Below, in pieces: positions 8,948 to 16,050 of a DNA stretch of 24,000 nt. The stretch lies in assembly GCA_965660875.1 (NCBI GenBank), contig CBFIBQ010000004.1, positions 53,749 through 77,748 on the forward strand. The letters run 5' to 3'. Under the pieces are notes generated by a model. The model made no database searches. It was not told where the DNA came from and was given only the letters and a program-made list of their open reading frames with translations. A program made the translations under genes and the position numbers. Within the stretch, counting starts at the first letter, position 1. The number at the start of each line of letters is the position of its first letter. The DNA is from Salibacteraceae bacterium (GTDB taxonomy: Bacteria > Bacteroidota > Bacteroidia > Flavobacteriales_G > Salibacteraceae).

Positions 8948-9351
8948 GATAACTCTTTAATTTTTTCTTGAACCTGTTCCTTAATTTCCATGGCCAAGTC
9001 ATTGTGCCAATTTCTAAATACAAACCTGAATCTATCGGGAAACTCAGATTCAATTTTCTTTCCTGTGTATTTACATAAAGCTATTCTATTCTTTGGTGCT
9101 TTGTTTTCCGGTCTGATTATTTGAATTAACACTACTTTAAGTTCTGGGTTTTCTTCTAGGTATGGCCAAATTTTAATAACATTTGTGTTGGGGTGTTTTT
9201 GTCCTTTTTCTACTTCAAGTAATACAAGTAAGTTCTCCTGTTTACTGAAGAAGTCAACATTACCCCATCTTCCTAATTGTAATTCGTTCGATTCGAAATT
9301 AACTCCTAGTCTATCGGCAATAAATAAGTTTTCTTCTGTTACTCTAGCCAT
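8944..9351 (-). CDS. Small hypothetical protein with a PD-(D/E)xK-like motif, translationally coupled to hsdM
   Basis: 135 aa. NVDFFSKQENLLVLLEVEKGQKH fits D-x13-E-x-K. Its stop overlaps the hsdM ATG (ATGA, 8944-8947). Confidence 0.5.
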   Translation of the reverse strand: MARVTEENLFIADRLGVNFESNELQLGRWGNVDFFSKQENLLVLLEVEKGQKHPNTNVIKIWPYLEENPELKVVLIQIIRPENKAPKNRIALCKYTGKKIESEFPDRFRFVFRNWHNDLAMEIKEQVQEKIKELS

Positions 9352-9352
9352 G

Positions 9353-9400
9353 TTATGTGCTTTTTAAAGAGAGATGTATTTCCAGTTGTTGTTGGGTCAT
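9353..9400 (-). pseudogene. Remnant of an hsdM 5' end, preserved as a 15-codon mini-ORF (MTQQQLEIHLSLKST)
   Basis: gtatttccagttgttgttgggtcat (9376-9400) nearly duplicates gtatttttcgagttgttgttgggtcat (8921-8947), which is the true hsdM start (MTQQQLEKY). The same ATGA overlap with the upstream gene's stop occurs at 9397-9400. The mini-ORF stops at 9353-9355, 1 nt before the ATG of the 135-aa gene. Confidence 0.7.
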
Positions 9401-10005
9401 CGTTTTACAGCTTTTAAAATTTCGTCGAATGCAGTTTTATTTAAATTATAGCCGTCATCTTTTTTCTCATATAAAACATGTACTTCTATGTTCGGATAGT
9501 CTCCCGCTTTTTTGATGTTTTCTTTCAATAAATCCTGATTAATATTCCAACCGTAAACGATTACCATTTGGTACTTTAGGTCAGCAGAAACAATAATATC
9601 TTGCTGCCAATTCGGCCATTTAATCCAAGCTTTTTTTCCCTTTATTTTTTCAATAAAATTATTTTTATCTCTAAGGTATTCGGCAAAATTCCTATTCCAA
9701 CCCATGTTCGTCTTCAAATCAAAATAATGCGTTAAAACATTATCATCAATAATTGATAAGTCTGGTTTAAAAGATTTGGCTTTTTCATTCTGGTTGAATC
9801 GAATTGACGTTACTTTATCGACATAATAATCTAGGTCTATAGATTTAATGTTTTTAGCTATAAACAAGGCAAATAGATCTTCTACATATCCAGAAATGCC
9901 ATGTGCCATACCTCTCTGTATTTTGTAACCCCCATCTCCTTCAATTAGACGATCAGCTGTAGAACGGTGTGTTTCAAGCTTTCTGAAAAACTCTTCTTTA
10001 GTCAT
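9397..10005 (-). CDS. Small PD-(D/E)xK (restriction-endonuclease-like) protein
   Basis: 202 aa. KPDLSIIDDNVLTHYFDLKTN fits PD-x13-D-x-K, with an upstream acidic residue in YVEDLFALF. It overlaps the upstream gene by 8 nt. Confidence 0.5.
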   Translation of the reverse strand: MTKEEFFRKLETHRSTADRLIEGDGGYKIQRGMAHGISGYVEDLFALFIAKNIKSIDLDYYVDKVTSIRFNQNEKAKSFKPDLSIIDDNVLTHYFDLKTNMGWNRNFAEYLRDKNNFIEKIKGKKAWIKWPNWQQDIIVSADLKYQMVIVYGWNINQDLLKENIKKAGDYPNIEVHVLYEKKDDGYNLNKTAFDEILKAVKR

Positions 10006-11173
10006 CCGTTGTTTTTAAGTATGAATTGTTGCTAGACATTAGACCTATCTGCTGTAACAATTGATCATTTACCGGACGCAAATCTTCATCTAAAAATGTC
10101 ATTAGTTCTTTTGCAAAATTTTGTCCCAATTTGTCAACGTTTGTAAAGTCAATTGTTCCCTTCATTAAGTATAACCATTCCTTTCCAGGCTTACTGTCAA
10201 GCACGTGGAGGTCCAAATGAGAACACCGCTTTTTAAGATCCTCTGCACTACCTCCTTCTTTCCACTTTTTTAGAGATTCACCGTACAACCAGTATTGGTA
10301 ATCGCATTTTTTTTCAGAAAAAACACGCTCAAATTCGACCACTATTGAAATATGTGGGTCGGCATATTTAAGACTCAAACTATATGGGTTTTTCCTATAG
10401 TAGGTATAACCTGGAACGGCATTCAATAACTCCGAAGCTTCAGCAGCTAATTCTGATTCCGCTTTCTTTTTTAATTGGGTAAGTTCATTAATTGTCTTTC
10501 CGTGTTTGAAGCAAAAATCGAGGCTTTCTGTGTGCTTTTCTGAACTCATTCGTTTTAGATTATTGATAAAGTCAAATAAATATGGAAGGTGATCAATCTG
10601 ATTGTCTATTAGATTTTTACCAAGTTCTTTTTTTATTTCATCAATTAACTCTTGGTAGGTAATATTTACAAATTGTCGGTTCTTCACAACCATTGGTTTA
10701 GCGGATAACACAACCCCTACTTTACTGGCAGCTTTGGTTGATTTATAATAATCGGTGAGGTTATTATACAACTCAGCAAATACTTTGTGTTCAACTACCA
10801 ATGCATTATCGTAGGTTTCTTTTTCCAGTTCATCAGAGGTAAGCTGATCGTATAGCAACAAGTCAATAAATCCTTTTTTGTCAGTTTGTTTTTCTTGGAT
10901 AACGTGAATTTCTCCAGTCAACCAACTAAGGTCTACATCAATGCCCTTTTCTTTCGCTTTTAGTGTAATTAGCGAGAATAAAGCATCGCCAAAAATGACT
11001 GACAAGCCATGCGTATTATCCGATTCAAGAAAATAGGCGAACCAATTACTCAATACGGTTTCTCGATGCGGATGTCCAGAAATAGAGAACAAATCATCTC
11101 GTAAAGAATTTGCCTGGGGTAGCTGTTCATTTTCAAGAAGTAACACCTCTTGTTCCAATTGTTCTAGGCTCAT
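9998..11173 (-). CDS. PD-(D/E)xK nuclease superfamily protein (PDDEXK_4-like)
   Basis: 391 aa. HPHRETVLSNWFAYFLESDNTHGLSVIFGDALF is the N-terminal signature I associate with this family. KGFIDLLLYD...ALVVEHKV gives a D...E-x-K core. Its ATG overlaps the hsdM2 stop (ATGA, 11170-11173). Confidence 0.65.
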   Translation of the reverse strand: MSLEQLEQEVLLLENEQLPQANSLRDDLFSISGHPHRETVLSNWFAYFLESDNTHGLSVIFGDALFSLITLKAKEKGIDVDLSWLTGEIHVIQEKQTDKKGFIDLLLYDQLTSDELEKETYDNALVVEHKVFAELYNNLTDYYKSTKAASKVGVVLSAKPMVVKNRQFVNITYQELIDEIKKELGKNLIDNQIDHLPYLFDFINNLKRMSSEKHTESLDFCFKHGKTINELTQLKKKAESELAAEASELLNAVPGYTYYRKNPYSLSLKYADPHISIVVEFERVFSEKKCDYQYWLYGESLKKWKEGGSAEDLKKRCSHLDLHVLDSKPGKEWLYLMKGTIDFTNVDKLGQNFAKELMTFLDEDLRPVNDQLLQQIGLMSSNNSYLKTTDD

Positions 11174-12648
11174 TTAACGAATTTAGATAAGATGGTTTTA
11201 AACTTTTCTTCTGCCTTCAAACTTTCATTCCAAGTCGTTTTTAAATCAGCTAACGCTTCTTCAACAGAAGGCAGATTGTCTTCGATGATCTTCTCAACAT
11301 ACAATGGAATATTCAAATTGTAATCGTTTTCTATCAGGTCTTCCTTAGAAGCTACTTTTACGTAATTCTCCACATCTTCATAAGCCTGCGTCCATTCAAA
11401 TATTTGATTCACATGTTCTGGTTCCAAGTAATTTTGTGCTCTACCTACTCTTACTTGGTCAGAAGCATCAATGAATAGCACTTTACCTTTTTTCGCGGCT
11501 TCCTTTTTCTTTTTGAAAACCATAACACAAGCGGCCAGCTGTGTTCCGTAAAAAATATTGGCTCCTAATCCTATAACTGCTTCAAGCATATCTTGCTCTA
11601 ATAATGCTTGTCGAATTTTTCCTTCAGCTCCTTTCCGAAACAGCGCGCCGTGTGGTAAGACCACGGTCATTCGCCCATCGTCATTCATGGACTTAATCAT
11701 GTGCTGCACCCAAGCCATGTCACCGTTTCCTTTTGGTGGTACTCCTGCAATGTTTCTTCCGTAGGGATCATTGGCCCAATTTTCTGCACCCCATTCTTTA
11801 AGCGAAAATGGAGGATTGGCAATGACACAATCAAAAGTTTTTAATCCGTCAGCTTCAAAAAATGCAGGGTTTCTAAGGGTATCACCTCTATATATTTGAA
11901 AGTCTTCAATGCCATGTAAAAACATGTTCATTCTGGCTATTGAACTAGAAGTCAGGTTCTTCTCTTGTCCATAGAGTTTGAGCGTTCTGTAGTCTTCGTT
12001 GTTCTCTTTGAGATGATTTACAGATTCAAGCAACATTCCGCCCGTTCCACATGCAGGATCGTAAATGGATTCACCCTCATGCGGATCAAGTATCAACCCA
12101 AGCAAATGAACAACAGACCGTGGTGTATAGAATTCGCCTGCTTTTTTATTGGTAAGATCAGCAAAGTGTTTGATCAAATATTCGTACGAGTTTCCAAGTA
12201 AGTCTGAATCTACATTGCTATTACATAAATCGTACTGCGAGAAATGCTCAATTAGATCAATCAGCAGTCGATCGGAGAGTTTGTTTTTATTACTCCATTG
12301 AGCGTCGCCAAATATGCCGTACAAAAACTCTTGATTGGCCTGTTCAATTCCTCTTAACGCTTTTTCAATGGCTAATCCTACATTGGTTGTTGTCTCACGC
12401 ACATCTTTCCAATGGCAGCCTTCTGGTATTTCGAATCGATGAAACTCGGGTAGGTTCGCATAATCTTCGTCCCCATCAGATTCCTCCAATGCATTTCGGT
12501 ATTCTTCATCGTACACATCCGATATCCTTTTGAAAAACAATAAAGGAAAAATGTACACTTTGAAGTCAGAAGCATCTACAGGGCCTTTAAGAATCCAGGC
12601 TGCTTTTGATAAATATTGTTCTAGCTGGGAGAGGGTAATTTTTTCCAT
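11170..12648 (-). CDS. hsdM: HsdM-like N6-adenine DNA methyltransferase, copy 2 (no adjacent hsdS)
   Basis: The track ORF runs to 12837, but HsdM homology starts at MEKITLSQLEQYLSKAAW (ATG at 12648, 1 nt after the upstream gene's stop at 12650-12652). Motifs: FYTPRSVV, DPACGTGGML, VIANPPFS. By-eye alignment suggests roughly half or more of residues are identical to copy 1. Confidence 0.9.
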   Translation of the reverse strand: MEKITLSQLEQYLSKAAWILKGPVDASDFKVYIFPLLFFKRISDVYDEEYRNALEESDGDEDYANLPEFHRFEIPEGCHWKDVRETTTNVGLAIEKALRGIEQANQEFLYGIFGDAQWSNKNKLSDRLLIDLIEHFSQYDLCNSNVDSDLLGNSYEYLIKHFADLTNKKAGEFYTPRSVVHLLGLILDPHEGESIYDPACGTGGMLLESVNHLKENNEDYRTLKLYGQEKNLTSSSIARMNMFLHGIEDFQIYRGDTLRNPAFFEADGLKTFDCVIANPPFSLKEWGAENWANDPYGRNIAGVPPKGNGDMAWVQHMIKSMNDDGRMTVVLPHGALFRKGAEGKIRQALLEQDMLEAVIGLGANIFYGTQLAACVMVFKKKKEAAKKGKVLFIDASDQVRVGRAQNYLEPEHVNQIFEWTQAYEDVENYVKVASKEDLIENDYNLNIPLYVEKIIEDNLPSVEEALADLKTTWNESLKAEEKFKTILSKFVK

Positions 12649-12649
12649 A

Positions 12650-13645
12650 CTATTTTGGGCTAAAAATGGCGCCCGTAATTGTTCTTTTAGAAAGTTGTTT
12701 TCCTTGATTCGATTGCCAAATGCGATTCCGAAAGTAGAAAATTTCCAGCTTCCTTTTTTTGGAGTCCAAAGCATTCGAAACAACACAAATTCTAAAGTGC
12801 TTTCTATTAGCCACTTTTTGACTATTGGCATATTCATTTGGAGTCAATTCAATAGATAAAAATGGACCACTTAATCCTTTTGCTTCTAACAATAATGTTT
12901 GCTTTCCATTTTTTGCCTCCATATCCCAACCAACATTTTCCTTGTGGACATAGTCTATTCTATAACCTCGATTCGTGTAATATTCTTCGACTAAATCCAT
13001 GGCAGCATATTCTACCTTTTTTCTAACTTCTGGATCAGGCTGTCTCGGTCGTCCAATTTTTCCTTTTTTCGGATTTCGTTCTATCCAAAACTTTGGATCT
13101 TTAAAAAAGTTATCCAAGTCGGTCAAAAACTTCTTTCGTTTCGGATAATTGTCTACATACCAGGCATTTGCTTGGCCCGGGCCTTTTTTCATTCTGTCGG
13201 GCATTTCAAAAACCCTGTCTTCAAGTGGAATCAATGTTCCATTTTTTACAAGGCATTCTATATTGTAGAGGGTGTGATCCTTCCTAGCTCCTTTTCTTAA
13301 TGATTGGAGGGACCTGTATAACGTTGCATTTTCATATTTCCCAACAACATATTGTCCACCTGTACTCGGTTCAGTAGCAAAAAGCACCACTGTGACATCT
13401 TTTATTCTGTCGTCGACAACTGTGGCCCCTAATCTCTCAATCCGAATATTATGTCCTTGTTGCATTCGAGAATACGCAAGGTATTTTCCATTATGAGGCA
13501 AGAAATTATAGACCTCTCCGCCATCACTATGCTCATTAACATAACTTCCAGCACCAACAGGATAGTCATCTTTTGTAATGCCCTTATAATTTCTCATCGA
13601 GGCAACTCGTAAAAAAATGATTGGATAAGTTTTCTTTTTACTCAT
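12650..13645 (-). CDS. Two-domain protein: unrecognised N-terminal domain plus C-terminal DUF3883-like PD-(D/E)xK domain
   Basis: 331 aa. The C-terminal part reads VEYAAMDLVEEYYTNRGYRIDYVHKENVGWDMEAKNGKQTLLLEAKGLSGPFLSIELTPNEYANSQKVANRKHFRICVV. This fits the DUF3883 pattern G-(Y/W)-D...E-x-K...LT-x-NE...hhhV. Its ATG overlaps the upstream stop (ATGA, 13642-13645). Confidence 0.6.
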   Translation of the reverse strand: MSKKKTYPIIFLRVASMRNYKGITKDDYPVGAGSYVNEHSDGGEVYNFLPHNGKYLAYSRMQQGHNIRIERLGATVVDDRIKDVTVVLFATEPSTGGQYVVGKYENATLYRSLQSLRKGARKDHTLYNIECLVKNGTLIPLEDRVFEMPDRMKKGPGQANAWYVDNYPKRKKFLTDLDNFFKDPKFWIERNPKKGKIGRPRQPDPEVRKKVEYAAMDLVEEYYTNRGYRIDYVHKENVGWDMEAKNGKQTLLLEAKGLSGPFLSIELTPNEYANSQKVANRKHFRICVVSNALDSKKRKLEIFYFRNRIWQSNQGKQLSKRTITGAIFSPK

Positions 13646-14340
13646 AACATGGTCCTTATTATATCAATTTCTAGGCTCTGGGAATCCTTCGAATTACCGG
13701 CTCTACGCCAAAGATTTGGCCCCCGAAAACTAGGATGAATTAAAAATCCAAATGGAATTAAGTCGCCCTTTAAATCCACTTCAATACTACTTTTTTCTAT
13801 TGTGTTGAATTGACTTGTTTTAGAAAAGCCCTTCCAAGCACTTGTTAACTCTGGAAAAACTGGGCGAACAAACTTTACTACTTCCAAACCCAACAATAAG
13901 ACACCGCGTGGCTGAAGCACTTTAATTTGCTCAATCATAAATTGTTGACAATGCTGGACAAATGCTTTGTCTTTGCGAGCTTCCAATGGGCCGGTGATTT
14001 TTTCAGAAACTCTAACCCCAGGAAAGCAGTTCGAATAAAAACAGGTTTCTGGCTTCACGCCAGCTTCAATTAACAATTTATTGAGGTTGACCCAAGTTGG
14101 GTTTTTGTCCTCTTCGTGTCCTATTTCTTTGATTTTTTCTAGGTATGATTCATGCCCAAAATCTTGCCCTAAAATAAGTATGGGTTTTTTTGGAAATGGT
14201 TTTTCTGGGTCAGAAACACCCGAACAAATTGGAAAGAACCCGAATCCAGGATACATTAATTTGTTTAATTTTTGAGTTTCGGGGAAGGGAAAATCTTGGT
14301 AATACTTAGCATAAAGCCTGAATAGTTTGTTACTTAACAT
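13642..14340 (-). CDS. Uracil-DNA-glycosylase-superfamily (UDG-fold) protein
   Basis: 232 aa. ILILGQDFGH resembles motif A (GQDPYH / GEAPG types). CFYSNCFPGVRV resembles the hyhTN-x-hkCrP segment. HCQQFMIEQIKVLQPRGVLLLGLEV fits C-x2-hh...P+hhhhLG. FLIHPSFRG resembles motif B (HPS). Confidence 0.7.
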   Translation of the reverse strand: MLSNKLFRLYAKYYQDFPFPETQKLNKLMYPGFGFFPICSGVSDPEKPFPKKPILILGQDFGHESYLEKIKEIGHEEDKNPTWVNLNKLLIEAGVKPETCFYSNCFPGVRVSEKITGPLEARKDKAFVQHCQQFMIEQIKVLQPRGVLLLGLEVVKFVRPVFPELTSAWKGFSKTSQFNTIEKSSIEVDLKGDLIPFGFLIHPSFRGPNLWRRAGNSKDSQSLEIDIIRTML

Positions 14341-14395
14341 TTGAGTTTAATTTGATGTACCTACTTCTCCAATTGCCATTGCATTTTATTTCCTT

Positions 14396-15526
14396 TCATT
14401 CTTTATCGTAATGATTTAGTAAATATTCTTCTATTTCAACTTCGTTCAATTTTTGGGAAGATGCCTGTCCTCTAATAAAAAATTCCATATCTATTTCACC
14501 ATACCTTCTATTTTCCAAGTAGATTGGTGTATTTGCTTCTTCTACCACAGCCATGAAAACATGCGTACCTTCAGAAACTTCGAGTGTGACTGTGTTTATT
14601 ACTCCGAGCACCCATTTGGGTAAAAACTGGGTGACCATCGAATCAAACTCCAATTTAAAATTGTCCAATTTACCACCACAGCATAGTTTGATATCAAACT
14701 CCTCAATACCATGTACTTGCTTGTCATCAGATAGCCCTATGATCAATACTCCGCCTTTAGTATTCAAAAATGAGGCGAGCGTCTTGGCGCAATGGTATTT
14801 GGCAGTAATCCCAGGTTTACCAGTCTTGGGGTTGAAAACTAAAAATGGTTTAAACTCCAGTTGACGTCCTTCGCCATTTTCGGTCAATTCGTTAAAGTAA
14901 GCGCGGTTATCTGCAAGCTCTACTTTTCGCTTCCATGCGTTTTCCTTTTCTATTTGAGCATCTTCCTTATTATAATTCTCAGAATCCCATTTATAGTTAA
15001 CTTTTAAAATTTGGTTGACAGAATCTACATAACCCGACGAGACATAATCCTCCCCATAATACTCAATTGTCATCTCACTATGGCTAGTATCAATGTTCAA
15101 ATCTTGGTAGATGTGGTACTCTCTAATTACAAAGTCAAACATGTCATCGGGGTTTACACTTTGCGATAAAATTCCTACATTTCCAATGCCATATACCACA
15201 TTTTCCTTTTCCGCGTGAAAGAGTTCTTCCTTTGCATTATTTATTGTAGCCAACGCTTCATCACTCAATACGAGAGTTATTGAAATGAATGGCCCCAACT
15301 TAACATCAATGAATTCATATTCATTAGTCTCCTCGTTCAATTTTACTCGATTATTATCTTTAAGTCCCTCGATACAGTTATAAAAAAACTCAAAAGCATT
15401 TTCTCTATTTACAAATGGATCTTCTACTTCAAAAGATCTTGAAAATGATTGAATTTCAACATCATCTTTCGAATGAAAAATGGGCAAGTGGAAGTGCACT
15501 CTATAAGTAATTGGAGCTTCAAGCAT
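14396..15526 (-). CDS. Schlafen/AlbA_2-domain protein with an unrecognised ~210-aa N-terminal region
   Basis: 376 aa. The C-terminal half reads ENGEGRQLEFKPFLVFNP...AKTLASFLNTKGGVLIIGLSDDKQVHGI...VFMAVVEEANTPIYL...FFIRGQASSQKLNEVEIEEYL, which fits the AlbA_2 (divergent AAA/Schlafen) pattern. Confidence 0.7.
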   Translation of the reverse strand: MLEAPITYRVHFHLPIFHSKDDVEIQSFSRSFEVEDPFVNRENAFEFFYNCIEGLKDNNRVKLNEETNEYEFIDVKLGPFISITLVLSDEALATINNAKEELFHAEKENVVYGIGNVGILSQSVNPDDMFDFVIREYHIYQDLNIDTSHSEMTIEYYGEDYVSSGYVDSVNQILKVNYKWDSENYNKEDAQIEKENAWKRKVELADNRAYFNELTENGEGRQLEFKPFLVFNPKTGKPGITAKYHCAKTLASFLNTKGGVLIIGLSDDKQVHGIEEFDIKLCCGGKLDNFKLEFDSMVTQFLPKWVLGVINTVTLEVSEGTHVFMAVVEEANTPIYLENRRYGEIDMEFFIRGQASSQKLNEVEIEEYLLNHYDKE

Positions 15527-15571
15527 GGTTCAAATTTAAATTATGTTGCGAACAAAAAGAATAGCAATCGA

Positions 15572-16027
15572 TCATGACTCTAAATTGGATAATAAATACT
15601 GCTTAACCGGTTCCCAATTCCGAAAACTCCCACCACCAAACTGTATCCATTCCCCTTCAAAGTATTCCGCACCGTTATTTGGGCGGTCATCAATAAGATA
15701 ATCGCCCTTATTGAGGTTTTTGTGGTGGGAGAGTATCAATCGTTTCCAGGCTTTATTGCCTAGGTACTTTTTTACCCAAATTACCTTATCCGACCAAGCA
15801 CTTGGGTTTTCCCATGGCGCGGTTGAAAGAATGTAGGTATCGTATTGGGTGGCTAGCTTTTCAAAGGCTTCAATGGCGCCCTTCATGGGTTTCATTAGGC
15901 CAAAAATACCCGGTACTTCGTCCAGGCGGCCTTCGTATTCTTTTTTGGTTTTTTCGTCCAATTGGTCAATTCCCGATTGGAAATCAACCAAGACATTGTC
16001 CATGTCTATGTACAGTGTTTTCTTCAT
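15572..16027 (-). CDS. 5'(3')-deoxyribonucleotidase (HAD superfamily, NT5C-like)
   Basis: 151 aa. LYIDMDNVLVDF is the DxDxV HAD motif I, followed by ILSTAP and YLIDDRPNNG. Confidence 0.8.
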   Translation of the reverse strand: MKKTLYIDMDNVLVDFQSGIDQLDEKTKKEYEGRLDEVPGIFGLMKPMKGAIEAFEKLATQYDTYILSTAPWENPSAWSDKVIWVKKYLGNKAWKRLILSHHKNLNKGDYLIDDRPNNGAEYFEGEWIQFGGGSFRNWEPVKQYLLSNLES

Positions 16028-16050
16028 TGTTTTTATTATTTAGGTTTTCG

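Noticed and set aside
12649-12837. 63-codon N-terminal extension of hsdM copy 2 (track ORF starts at 12837)
   Set aside because: The extension overlaps the C-terminus of the DUF3883-like ORF in another frame and has no HsdM similarity. Homology to copy 1 begins at MEKITLSQLEQYL (ATG at 12648), 1 nt after the upstream stop.
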